Assembly (NCBI GenBank): GCA_045644805.1
Contig: JAZRHO010000036.1
Coordinates: 2,504-66,503, forward strand
DNA from: Eubacteriales bacterium
Lineage (GTDB): Bacteria; Bacillota; Clostridia; Oscillospirales; CAG-272
DNA: 64,000 nt
Direction of reading: 5' to 3'
The notes beneath the pieces were generated by a model. It was not told where the DNA came from. It did not search any database and saw nothing but the letters and a program-made list of their open reading frames with translations. Each line of letters begins with the position of its first letter. The first letter of the stretch is position 1. Shown one piece after another: positions 38,586-47,758 of the stretch. The position numbers were made by a program, and so were the translations under genes.

Positions 38586-40094
38586 ATGGCAGAAAATACA
38601 GTTAACAGCTTGAACGATACAAGCGAGCTTAAAATCCGCCGAGACAAGCTGGCGGCGCTCTGCGAAGCAGGCAAAAACCCCTTTGAAATAACAAAATACG
38701 ACGTTACCCATTCAAGCGTTGACGCTATTCGCGAATTTGAAGAGAACGAACAGACTCTTACGGCTGAGGGCAAGAGCATCACCGTGCGCGTTGCCGGAAG
38801 AATGGTCGGAAAGAGAGTTATGGGTAAGGCTTCATTTGCCCACCTTCTCGACGGAGACGGAAAAATACAGCTTTACGTATCCCGCGATGACCTTGGAGAA
38901 GAAGCGTATGCAGGCTTCAAGAAATGGGACGTTGGCGATATTATCGGCGTTGAGGGAATTCTTTTCCGCACAAGAACGGGTGAGATATCCGTTCACGCAA
39001 AGGAAGCAACTCTTCTTGCGAAGTCACTCCTTCCCCTTCCCGAAAAGTTCCACGGTCTTACAAATCTTGAGCAAAGATACAGACAGAGATACGTTGACCT
39101 AATAGTCAACCCCGACGTCAAGAACACGTTCGTTAAGCGTTCAAAAATTCTCTCTCTTATACGCTCATACCTTGACTCGAAGGGATATCTCGAAGTTGAC
39201 ACGCCCATACTCGTTCCTCTCGAAATCGGTGCGTCGGCGCGTCCTTTCAAGACTCATCACAACACTCTTGATATACCCATGTACCTCCGTATCGAGACAG
39301 AGCTTTACCTCAAGCGTCTTATCGTCGGCGGTATGAACAAGGTTTACGAGGTTGGAAGAATCTTCAGAAATGAAGGTATGGACCCTAAGCATAACCCCGA
39401 ATTTACAACTATTGAGCTTTACGAGGCATTCACCGATTACTATGGAATGATGGACCTCGTCGAAGAGCTTTACAAGATGCTCGCAAAGGAAGTTTGCGGC
39501 GACACGAAGATAACATACCAGGGCATTGAAATCGACCTTGGCCACTGGGAGCGCCTTACTATGGTTGAGGCGGTCAAAAAGTATGCAGGAGTTGACTACT
39601 ACGATTGGAAGAGCGACGAGGACGCAAAAGCAGATGCAAAGCGTTTGCACGTTGAAGTTCCCGAGGATGCAACGGCAGGAACTGTTCTCGTTGAGCTGTT
39701 CGACGCATACGTAGAGGACAAGCTCATTCAGCCCACCTTCATTTACGACTATCCGGTTGAAAACAGCCCTCTTGCAAAGAGAAAGCCCGAGGACAATAGA
39801 TTTACCGAAAGATTCGAGTATTTCATCAACTGCACCGAGTACGGAAACGCATTCTCCGAGCTTAACGACCCCATCGACCAGAAGGAACGCTTTGAAAAGC
39901 AGGTTGCAAAGAAAAAGCTTGAAGAGCCCGAATGCAACGCAGAGGTTGATTACGATTACGTAACCGCCCTTGAATACGGCATGCCTCCGACAGGCGGTCT
40001 CGGATTCGGAGTTGACAGACTCGTTATGCTTCTGACAGATTCCGCATCTATAAGAGATGTACTTCTGTTCCCCACGATGAAGCCGGAAATTTAA
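38586..40094 (+). CDS. lysS: Lysine--tRNA ligase (class II)
   Basis: 502-aa ORF with the class II motifs VYEVGRIFRNEG and GGLGFGVDRLVMLL. Confidence 0.95.
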   Translation: MAENTVNSLNDTSELKIRRDKLAALCEAGKNPFEITKYDVTHSSVDAIREFEENEQTLTAEGKSITVRVAGRMVGKRVMGKASFAHLLDGDGKIQLYVSRDDLGEEAYAGFKKWDVGDIIGVEGILFRTRTGEISVHAKEATLLAKSLLPLPEKFHGLTNLEQRYRQRYVDLIVNPDVKNTFVKRSKILSLIRSYLDSKGYLEVDTPILVPLEIGASARPFKTHHNTLDIPMYLRIETELYLKRLIVGGMNKVYEVGRIFRNEGMDPKHNPEFTTIELYEAFTDYYGMMDLVEELYKMLAKEVCGDTKITYQGIEIDLGHWERLTMVEAVKKYAGVDYYDWKSDEDAKADAKRLHVEVPEDATAGTVLVELFDAYVEDKLIQPTFIYDYPVENSPLAKRKPEDNRFTERFEYFINCTEYGNAFSELNDPIDQKERFEKQVAKKKLEEPECNAEVDYDYVTALEYGMPPTGGLGFGVDRLVMLLTDSASIRDVLLFPTMKPEI

Positions 40095-40260
40095 TACTGC
40101 ACAGCACCCTCGAACCGAGCCCCTCCACCGTCGCATAGTCGCCGCGCGTCGCTCGGTCCACTCGCTTCCTTCGGCTTCTTGCTTTGGGCGGTTTCGCTGC
40201 GCAAAAAATAACACTCAGTTGTTTTTTGTTTGCTACCCAACGATGAAGCCGGAAACTTAA
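40068..40260 (+). repeat. Duplicated lysS 3' end flanking a 139-nt insert
   Basis: TTCCCCACGATGAAGCCGGAAATTTAA (40068-40094) and TACCCAACGATGAAGCCGGAAACTTAA (40234-40260) match at 24 of 27 positions and share a 16-nt identical core. Both end in an in-frame TAA. Confidence 0.85.
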
Positions 40261-40265
40261 AAATA

Positions 40266-40312
40266 AAAAGAGCTATGAAGCAAGCGTACTATGCGCCCAT
40301 CATAGCTCTTTT
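40266..40312. terminator. Bidirectional rho-independent terminator
   Basis: 13-bp arms AAAAGAGCTATGA (40266-40278) and TCATAGCTCTTTT (40300-40312). Confidence 0.8.
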
Positions 40313-40338
40313 TTATGTATTTTTGAAGAAGCCTTAGC

Positions 40339-41757
40339 TTAATAAGGTATTATGCAATCGGAGGTTACGGTAATATTTACCGACATCTCTGTTCCACCGC
40401 GGTTTATTTTGAGGGTGACGGTATCCCCTGCTCTTGCGTCAAGCATGAGGTCTATGAGAGAGTGCTGGCGCGAAAGCTTGATGAATTCACCGCCCCCGAG
40501 CGATGCTTCGAGAAGAATATCGCCTGCCAAAAGCTTTCCGTAGGCAATCGAGCCTGCGCTTACCTCGTATACGATGTTCGTCTCTTCAATGCTTACCGAA
40601 GCAGTATTCGCGTCGTAGACCATTTTGGAATCGGAAATCGTAACGGTTATTCCGAGAAGCGCGCGCTGCGGCGCGGTAAGCGATGTTCCGTAGCAATAAT
40701 CAATGATGTTATTTGCTATCGCAATCGCCACGTTAGACGGAATAGCATAACCGATATTCTCTATACCCGTGTCAATTATTTTCGCATTTACTATACCTAT
40801 AAGGTTGCCGATCTCATCGAAAAGTCCGCCTCCGGAATTACCGGAGTTTACAGGTGTATCTATACGCATAAGACGCATTTTTATCTCAGTTATGTCGTCG
40901 CTCGCGGTCATCTCTATATTTTCCGAATCAACGCTTATAATGCCGGATGTTACCGAAATTCCTTCTCCCATAGGATTACCTATCGCTATCGCTGTATCCC
41001 CTACTGAAATCTCGTTCGAGTTGCGAACGCTGACCTCTAAGACGGGGGATGTTTTAAGCAATTCACTGTTCTCGACTCTTAAAACCGCAATATCGTAATA
41101 AAGCGAGCCGCCGACAAATGTGGCTTCTATGGCGGTGTCGGCATATTCCGCGCCGTAAAGGTAAACGTTGATGCTCTCGCTGACGCCTGTCTCACTGTCG
41201 ACGTCGTATACCACATGATAATTGGTTATGATAAAAGCATCGCCCTCGGTTTTATCAAGCGTATATATCACACCTGAACCGGCAGAGCCGTACTCCTCAT
41301 CGGTAGTTTTATCCGTGAATGCGCAGGTGATGCTCACGGCGCTTCTCAATCCCCTTGCCGCGGCAATCGCAACATCGCTTTCATCGGTATTTATGATTAC
41401 GGTTTCCTTGATGTCCTTACCGTCGACTCCGTTGATTCCGTCCTTACCGTTTTTACCGTTCTTTCCGTCAACACCGTCGATACCGTCTTTACCGTTAATA
41501 CCGTCTTTTCCATCAACTCCGTTGACTCCGTCGATGCCGTCGACTCCGTCTTTACCGTCAGCGCCGACAACCGCTCCGACGTTATCGTAACTTCCGTCCG
41601 AATAATATAAAACGAGCTCGCCGTTTTCGTTTATAGCGGATCTTACAATGCTTCTGCCCTCATCCTCAACAAACGAGCAGGAAGCAAGAAAGAACGCAAG
41701 GAAAACAGAAATCAACGTACACAGTGTTATTATTTTTCCCATGTTGCTTCTTTTCAT
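40339..41757 (-). CDS. Trypsin-like serine protease lipoprotein (S1C) with an N-terminal collagen-like G-X-Y tract
   Basis: Start set at MKRSNMGKI (ATG 41757) because AAGGAG lies 8 nt upstream; the track start is 41799. It has lipobox FLASC, 17 consecutive G-X-Y triplets, and the catalytic blocks ITNYHVVY, YDIAVLRV and NSGNSGGGLF. Confidence 0.85.
   Translation of the reverse strand: MKRSNMGKIITLCTLISVFLAFFLASCSFVEDEGRSIVRSAINENGELVLYYSDGSYDNVGAVVGADGKDGVDGIDGVNGVDGKDGINGKDGIDGVDGKNGKNGKDGINGVDGKDIKETVIINTDESDVAIAAARGLRSAVSITCAFTDKTTDEEYGSAGSGVIYTLDKTEGDAFIITNYHVVYDVDSETGVSESINVYLYGAEYADTAIEATFVGGSLYYDIAVLRVENSELLKTSPVLEVSVRNSNEISVGDTAIAIGNPMGEGISVTSGIISVDSENIEMTASDDITEIKMRLMRIDTPVNSGNSGGGLFDEIGNLIGIVNAKIIDTGIENIGYAIPSNVAIAIANNIIDYCYGTSLTAPQRALLGITVTISDSKMVYDANTASVSIEETNIVYEVSAGSIAYGKLLAGDILLEASLGGGEFIKLSRQHSLIDLMLDARAGDTVTLKINRGGTEMSVNITVTSDCIIPY
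41413..41565 (-). repeat. Degenerate 9-bp-periodic coding repeat (collagen-like triplets)
   Basis: Encodes GADGKDGVDGIDGVNGVDGKDGINGKDGIDGVDGKNGKNGKDGINGVDGKD. Confidence 0.85.
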
Positions 41758-41883
41758 TGGCAAAATCTCCTTTGGATTTTCAAATGAAGTTTTTTTCATT
41801 ATACCAAAAAAAGCAAATTAATACAAGTATGCGCGAATAAATAGTTTTTAATTTTTTATAAAGGTTTATTAAATTTTCCCGCC

Positions 41884-41912
41884 TTGACTTTTCCCTTCCC
41901 TTATGTTATACT
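41884..41912 (+). promoter_or_regulatory. Sigma-A type promoter
   Basis: TTGACT (41884-41889), a 17-bp spacer, then TATACT (41907-41912). This places the track ATG at 41903 inside the promoter. Confidence 0.55.
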
Positions 41913-41944
41913 ACCCACATAAAATGAGCGAAAGGAACATTTTA

Positions 41945-42715
41945 ATGTCCGATAACCTTAACAATGAAAGCCCCGAAGAATACGGAGACGTAAAGATAAA
42001 ATCTCCTTTTTTGGAAAAGCTTGAAAACTTCTTTTACCACTATAAGTGGCACACATTGATTGCGCTGTTTTTAGTTTTTACGATTTCAATATGCTCTTTT
42101 CAGATGTGCAGCAAGACCTCCTACGACCTCTATATAATGTACGCGGGCGGCACGAGCATTCCGCTGACACCCTACGAAAACGAGGCAGATTCCAGACACG
42201 TTCAGCTTTTGAGCGCAACGAAGCGCTTCGTTTGCGATTATGATGATGACGGAAACCGAAACGTAAATCTTTTGAATTTATACATCCCATCGTCGGAGCA
42301 GATAAGCGAGATTGAGAGTGCGAAAGACGGCACGGTAGTGGACTACTCACTGCTCGCAAAGCAAAAGGACACCTTTAATCAGTATATGTTTTACAGCGAT
42401 TACTATATCGTTATGATATCCGAGGAGCTTTACGACGGTCTTATATCGAACGAAAACAACAATCCACTCGCGCCAATATCCTCTCTCCTTCCCGAAAATG
42501 CCGAGGAAGCGAATTACAGGCTTGCGGGAGACTTCGGTGTTTATCTATCGTCTACCCCTCTTTGGGATAACCCAGGTTTTTCAAATCTTGACGAGGATAC
42601 GATTCTTTGCATAAGAAGATATTCAAGCATAGGAAAGAACAAAAAGGATACCGAATTCTATGCGCACAACGAGAACGTTTTCCGTCTTATGCTTCAGGAT
42701 AAAGCGTACTCATAA
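41945..42715 (+). CDS. Hypothetical membrane-anchored protein
   Basis: The ORF is open from 41903. The start is probably ATG 41945 (AAAGGA 9 nt upstream) or ATG 41924. It has one TM helix (WHTLIALFLVFTISICSF) and no family I recognise. Confidence 0.6.
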   Translation: MSDNLNNESPEEYGDVKIKSPFLEKLENFFYHYKWHTLIALFLVFTISICSFQMCSKTSYDLYIMYAGGTSIPLTPYENEADSRHVQLLSATKRFVCDYDDDGNRNVNLLNLYIPSSEQISEIESAKDGTVVDYSLLAKQKDTFNQYMFYSDYYIVMISEELYDGLISNENNNPLAPISSLLPENAEEANYRLAGDFGVYLSSTPLWDNPGFSNLDEDTILCIRRYSSIGKNKKDTEFYAHNENVFRLMLQDKAYS

Positions 42716-42793
42716 TAATGCTTTCGGCATTAAAAAATAAGGCAATTCATTATTCGCGTTTGCGAACTCAAATGCAGTGCACGTCAACAAAAG

Positions 42794-42828
42794 AGGACAG
42801 AGAAGATAAAAATTCTCTGTCCTTTTTC
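42794..42828 (+). terminator. Rho-independent terminator
   Basis: AGGACAGAGA (42794-42803) pairs with TCTCTGTCCT (42814-42823), followed by TTTT. Confidence 0.75.
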
Positions 42829-42886
42829 CATAGGTAATTATATTATGCTCTGATAAGAGACTCTTTTTTGAGGCGTTTTAACATTA

Positions 42887-43127
42887 TTATCTGTGATAGA
42901 GCTCTTTGGGATCAACTCCGAGAATCTCCGCTATCGCAAAAAGCTCGATATCGGTTACGGTACGAGAGTAGTCTTCGATCCTTGATATAGAGCCTCGGCA
43001 AACGTAAATTCCCAGCAATTCAAGTTTGTTGGATAGTTCTTGTTGACTAACCTTTAATTTCATGCGCAGTTTTTTTCAAAATTCCGCCTATAAGATTTTT
43101 TCTTTCGCCATCTATTATTCTTGCCAT
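42887..43127 (-). pseudogene. XRE-family HTH regulator interrupted by a +1 frameshift in an A7 tract
   Basis: Both pieces fall below the track's size cut-off. ATG 43127 gives MARIIDGERKNLIGGILKKTAHEIKG-stop. The second frame, from ATG 43063, gives MKLKVSQQELSNKLELLGIYVCRGSISRIEDYSRTVTDIELFAIAEILGVDPKELYHR. Deleting one A from the run at 43070-43076 gives a continuous 79-aa XRE protein (..ILKKLRMKLKVSQQEL..). Confidence 0.6.
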
Positions 43128-43150
43128 AACATTATCTCAATCATAATATT

Positions 43151-43167
43151 TTGTCTTGACACAAGAC
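43151..43167. promoter_or_regulatory. Palindrome upstream of the XRE gene (candidate operator)
   Basis: TGTCTTG-ACA-CAAGACA has perfect 7-bp arms and lies 24-40 bp upstream of ATG 43127. Confidence 0.35.
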
Positions 43168-43238
43168 ACATTTTATGATGTACTAAATTAAAAATTATCC
43201 TTTTGAGTATAGTCTTAAAGCAGTAGCTTTTGCTTTTA

Positions 43239-46127
43239 TTAAATCTCTATCACAGCGGTAATCTTTTCTCCGCAGGAATCGAGCTTTTCCTTTGAGCCTA
43301 CTACGCAAAGTCCTCCCTCAACCGCCATCTTATCAAGCAAGTCGGCAGCGGCAAGAAGGTCGCCCTTCGAGGTAGCGAGAAGCTCTTTTCTCGAATTAAC
43401 TCTGTCCTCATACGTCTCACCGCGAAGATACGAGCCTATCGCAAGAGCACTTATAACCTTAGGAGTGATAAGAGGGTCGGAATCGCCCAGAGCTCCTATG
43501 ATAAACGTGGTTATATCCTCACCCGACTCGGCAAACGAGCGAAGGAACTCGGAGCTCTTATCAAACACGTCAAGAGAACGGCTTGGATTGGGGTCGCGGT
43601 AGGTATAGTATCCACACATGCCGTTGTTACGTTTGAGGAAGCCGGCACCGTATGCGCCGCCCTGAACTCTTATAGTGTTCCAAAGATAGCCAAACGAAAG
43701 TATCGAACGGACAACTCCCATCGAGCCATGGACCTTGTTCTCATATTTAAGCGCATTGCCCGCCTTTGCGGCAAACGCAATACCGGCAGGAATAAGAATA
43801 CCCTCGCATCTTACTCCGAGAGGAGCAATACTACTTCCCTTCTTGTAGCTTTCTCCTTCGGGGAAGAGGGAAACAAGCTTTTCCATATATGAGTCTGCGC
43901 GCTCACCCGAGTGGCATGCGATAAGACGTGCTCGAGTAAACGCTTTCTTAGCAACCAGAGCAAGATTTTTAACAAGCTCGTCGGACATCTCTTCAAATTT
44001 CGCATCAAGATTTTTTGTCCGTAAATAATTTTCAAGACCGTCAAAGTATTCTCCGATAGCAGCCTCGGCACTCACGTATGCGGAAGCTCTGGAAAGTCCT
44101 ACCGCGTGTCCGGATGCCGCAATCATCTCAGCACCGGTCGCCTTAAGCTGCTTTATAAGCATACCTATCGTCTTTTTGTCGGTGAATACAGAGTGAAGGA
44201 GCACCTCCTCGATTATCGCCGCCGCGCGGTCCCTCTTTGAATCAAGACAGCTGACAGAAAGGTTGAGATAAGGACTGACAACGCCATCCCTCGAGCTGAC
44301 AAGTGAGGAAAGCGAAAACGAGCCAAGCTCGGTCTTTATTTTTGTCTGAAGAGATATAGCGTCGTTCTTTTCGGTTGCAACGTTCTTTATGATTTCAGAA
44401 AGCAACGATGCGTAATAAAGCTCATCCTCAGAGAAATCGGATACGTCGAAGAGAAGATTCGTATAGGTAATTCCTCTTGATGCCGCCTTGATATAAAGCG
44501 CGGGAGTGCTTCCTATTTGATATTCCTCGGTGGGATATTTTTCGGGAGTGCTTTCAATGTCTGATATTTCAAGCTTAGGAAGGGTAGCAAGCGCTTCGGG
44601 CGTATCGGATAGCTGCTGCCATGCTTCTATTTTAGCAGTTGTCTCAATAACGTTCTTTATTTCCTGCTCGCTCATCGCCGCCTTGGCACGGGCGAGTTTT
44701 TCCTTTTCTTCCTTAACCTTCTTTTCACCGAGAGCCGAGGAAGGAAGCATATAGAGCGTCGCGCTGTGCTTAGATTCAAGAACTATTGATGAAAGAAGCT
44801 TTTCGTAATAGTCGGTATCAAGCTTCCCACGCAGATATTCTATATCCTCTTCAAAGGCAAGTCCGTCCTTCGGGTCTCCGCCGTAAAGCCAGGTGTCCAT
44901 TGCGCTTATCGCATAAGCAATACCTGCGGGGAAGGTAGCCATATCCTGCTCTCTTACGCGGAATTCAAGACTGTTGAAGGTTGCAACGAGGAGCTTTTTG
45001 TCGATTCCCTCTTTTACTATATCGGCGATAGTTTTAAGAGCGAGCGCCTTTGCCTCTTCAAGTCTTTCTCTCTTAACGTTCTTTATTTCTATAAGAAGCG
45101 AATTTTGCTGAATACCGTCATAGGGAATAAAGTTTACGTCCTCGCAAATGCCGCTTTCAAGCATAGCCTTTTTGAAGGGAGCTTCATTGCTTCCTGCAAT
45201 AGCGTCATTTATAACGTTTATCGCAAATATCCTTTTGCGCTCGCTGAAATCTGATGCCGCAAAGCCAAGGCAAACACGAGCCTTACCTTCAGGGCTATCG
45301 CTCGGAGATATCTCGTATTCCATAGTGCACTCGGTATGTCCCATCGGAGGTACCATAGGAATATCCGAATCAACGTCAAGATATTCATATTCCGAGAGGA
45401 AGGAATCAAGGAGAGCGAGAGTTTTATCAAGGTCAACGCTTCCGTCAAGAACTATTCTTGCGTTAGAAGGATGGTAATACTTTGCATGAGATGCGACAAA
45501 CTGCTCATAGGTAAGGTCTGGAATTGACACGGGGTTGCCTCCCGAATCTTTTCCATAGGTGCTGTCCTTGTATAAAAGCGATGACATTTTCTCCATCATC
45601 ACCTCGTCAGCAGAAGAATACGCGCCCTTCATTTCATTGAAAACGACGCCCTTATAAAGCATTTCCTCTTCGCCCTCGTGAAGCTCGTGATGCCAGCCCT
45701 CCTGATAGAATATTTCGGGCTTCTTCATAGCTATCGGATGAAGGACAGCGTCCATATAAACGCTCACAAGGTTAAGGAAATCCTTATCATTACGCGAGCA
45801 TACGGGATACATCGTTTTATCGGGAAATGTAAATGCGTTAAGGAAGGTCTTAAGAGAACCCTTGAGAAGCTCGACGAACGGCTCCTTTACAGGGTATTTA
45901 TCAGAGCCGCAAAGCACCGAATGCTCAATAATATGGAAAACTCCCGTATCATCTGTAGGGATAGTTTTAAAGGTTATCGCAAACGTTTTGTTCGCATCCT
46001 CTCTGTCAATAAACAAAAGCTTTGCGCCATTTTTGACATAGGTTGCCTCGCGAAGCGTTCCGCGAAGCTCCGGAATCTCCCTTTCCGTTGTAAATTTAAA
46101 GCCGTGAATTATTTCGTTTTCTTTCAT
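43239..46127 (-). CDS. M16-family (insulinase/PreP-like) metallopeptidase
   Basis: 962-aa ORF with the inverted zinc motif HIIEHSVLCGS. Confidence 0.9.
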   Translation of the reverse strand: MKENEIIHGFKFTTEREIPELRGTLREATYVKNGAKLLFIDREDANKTFAITFKTIPTDDTGVFHIIEHSVLCGSDKYPVKEPFVELLKGSLKTFLNAFTFPDKTMYPVCSRNDKDFLNLVSVYMDAVLHPIAMKKPEIFYQEGWHHELHEGEEEMLYKGVVFNEMKGAYSSADEVMMEKMSSLLYKDSTYGKDSGGNPVSIPDLTYEQFVASHAKYYHPSNARIVLDGSVDLDKTLALLDSFLSEYEYLDVDSDIPMVPPMGHTECTMEYEISPSDSPEGKARVCLGFAASDFSERKRIFAINVINDAIAGSNEAPFKKAMLESGICEDVNFIPYDGIQQNSLLIEIKNVKRERLEEAKALALKTIADIVKEGIDKKLLVATFNSLEFRVREQDMATFPAGIAYAISAMDTWLYGGDPKDGLAFEEDIEYLRGKLDTDYYEKLLSSIVLESKHSATLYMLPSSALGEKKVKEEKEKLARAKAAMSEQEIKNVIETTAKIEAWQQLSDTPEALATLPKLEISDIESTPEKYPTEEYQIGSTPALYIKAASRGITYTNLLFDVSDFSEDELYYASLLSEIIKNVATEKNDAISLQTKIKTELGSFSLSSLVSSRDGVVSPYLNLSVSCLDSKRDRAAAIIEEVLLHSVFTDKKTIGMLIKQLKATGAEMIAASGHAVGLSRASAYVSAEAAIGEYFDGLENYLRTKNLDAKFEEMSDELVKNLALVAKKAFTRARLIACHSGERADSYMEKLVSLFPEGESYKKGSSIAPLGVRCEGILIPAGIAFAAKAGNALKYENKVHGSMGVVRSILSFGYLWNTIRVQGGAYGAGFLKRNNGMCGYYTYRDPNPSRSLDVFDKSSEFLRSFAESGEDITTFIIGALGDSDPLITPKVISALAIGSYLRGETYEDRVNSRKELLATSKGDLLAAADLLDKMAVEGGLCVVGSKEKLDSCGEKITAVIEI

Positions 46128-46163
46128 TACGCTTACCTCTGAATTTTATTACATTGTATTTCG

Positions 46164-47138
46164 TTAATTATTATTTACATTTTCGTTGTTTATATTAGTT
46201 GAAAGGCACTTTGCGCAAAACTCATATACAATTCTTTGATATCTATCGTAGTCATACACAAAGCTTAGTCCGTGATTCGCGTCAGGGAAAGTATGAAGCT
46301 CTATTTCGCGGTTTCTTTCAAAAAGCTCAAGACTCATACGAGGCGGAACATAGGTATCACTCTCGCCATGAATAATGAGTATAGGAACTTTAGCTCGCTC
46401 GACGGCTGCCCTTGCATCCGCAAGATTTGGGTCAAAGTGTCCGAAAAGCACCCCTCCGAGCCGAACAAACGGATAAAAGATACTCTTGGGAAGTCCCATC
46501 TTTTTTGATATTACCTCTTTTATTATATCCTTCGCACAAGTGTACGGGCAATCGGCGACGATGCCCTTGACGTTCGGTGGAAGCTCAAGCCCCGATGCCA
46601 TAAGCACTGTTGCTCCTCCCATAGATATTCCGTAGAGCATAATTTCGGTATCAGCTCCGTAGGTTTTTATAACATACTCTATCCAAGAAAGCAAATCTCT
46701 GCTCTCGTTATATCCGAAGGAAATTGTTTTTCCCTCGCTTTCTCCGTGAGCGCGCTCGTCTATCATAATAACGTTGAAGCCCATCTCCATGGCAAGAGCG
46801 CCTCCTCCGGAAAAATCAAGCATTGGCGTACTTCTGTATCCGTGAGCCTGAATAGCAAAGGGCAATCCCCTGCCCCTCATATACAGCCTTGCCCGAAGCT
46901 TAAGACCGTCGTGAGATGTTATGTATATATTTTCATAAGGAACGGTAAGTATTTCATCAATCAATCTTTTTGAAAAAACCGACGTCGGCTTTCCGTCATT
47001 CTTAACGTGGCGATAAGGGTCAATCTCCCGCTTTTTCGGGTTTTGATAAAATGCCATTCTATAAGTAATATAGGATAACAAAAGAATCAGAAGAGTAACC
47101 GACGCAAGCAGGATAACAGCAATTATTATCGGACTCAT
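46164..47138 (-). CDS. Alpha/beta hydrolase with an N-terminal membrane anchor
   Basis: 324-aa ORF with the nucleophile elbow GISMGG, plus downstream D and H (IHGESD, ANHG). Confidence 0.8.
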   Translation of the reverse strand: MSPIIIAVILLASVTLLILLLSYITYRMAFYQNPKKREIDPYRHVKNDGKPTSVFSKRLIDEILTVPYENIYITSHDGLKLRARLYMRGRGLPFAIQAHGYRSTPMLDFSGGGALAMEMGFNVIMIDERAHGESEGKTISFGYNESRDLLSWIEYVIKTYGADTEIMLYGISMGGATVLMASGLELPPNVKGIVADCPYTCAKDIIKEVISKKMGLPKSIFYPFVRLGGVLFGHFDPNLADARAAVERAKVPILIIHGESDTYVPPRMSLELFERNREIELHTFPDANHGLSFVYDYDRYQRIVYEFCAKCLSTNINNENVNNN

Positions 47139-47758
47139 TTTCTCTCACTCCTTCGGCTCGCGCCCTCACGCGCAGACGTTATCTTAAGAATAGTCATAAG
47201 AATAATCATCGCCTGCAGCGGAACTCCTATTATAAAAAGCATCCATATATTATATTCAAGAAGCTGAAGATAACACGAGAGAAGTAACGTCCACACGGTT
47301 ATCGAATTAAGCACGCATTTCAAGACGCGGTTTCCAAAGAAAAATCTGTTGTATATCTGGCATATAACGAAGGTTATCGGGATTGCCCATATAAAGAGTG
47401 TCCACGCGTTTATATTGAATATGGTGTTTACGTACGTATATGCAACTATTGCGCTTATCCAAACAACGCACACTGCGATAAACATAATTATAATGCGATT
47501 TGCTATATTGTTTTTCACTATATAGGGATTATTCTTTTTAGGCTGCTCCTTTTGCAAAAGATATTCAAATTTCACTCCGTATATCTCGCATACCTTACAT
47601 AAGGTATCAATATCGGGAAGCGTCTGCGCATGCTCCCAGCGAGATATTGCTTTATCCGAATAATTGAGCTTTTCGGCAAGCTGCTGCTGGGTAAGCTTGT
47701 TCTTTTTCCTAAGCTCGGTGAGATTAAAGGCTATTATCTCCTTAATATTTTCCATCAA
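47135..47758 (-). CDS. Membrane-tethered XRE-family HTH regulator
   Basis: 207-aa ORF. The N-terminal HTH (LRKKNKLTQQQLAEKLNYSDKAISRWEHAQ) is followed by about four TM helices. It overlaps the hydrolase gene by 4 nt. Confidence 0.8.
   Translation of the reverse strand: MMENIKEIIAFNLTELRKKNKLTQQQLAEKLNYSDKAISRWEHAQTLPDIDTLCKVCEIYGVKFEYLLQKEQPKKNNPYIVKNNIANRIIIMFIAVCVVWISAIVAYTYVNTIFNINAWTLFIWAIPITFVICQIYNRFFFGNRVLKCVLNSITVWTLLLSCYLQLLEYNIWMLFIIGVPLQAMIILMTILKITSAREGASRRSERK

Noticed and set aside
40095-40233. A GGTTCGA string on the minus strand of the lysS-proximal insert, suggestive of a tRNA T-loop or tRNA fragment.
   Set aside because: The flanking bases do not form a T-stem, and no acceptor or anticodon arms can be drawn. 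It is not a tRNA or a recognisable tRNA fragment.
41413-41565. Short-period tandem repetition that could be mistaken for a CRISPR array, VNTR or intergenic repeat.
   Set aside because: The period is 9 bp, it is degenerate and in frame, and it lies inside a long ORF encoding G-X-Y triplets. It is a coding repeat, not a CRISPR array.
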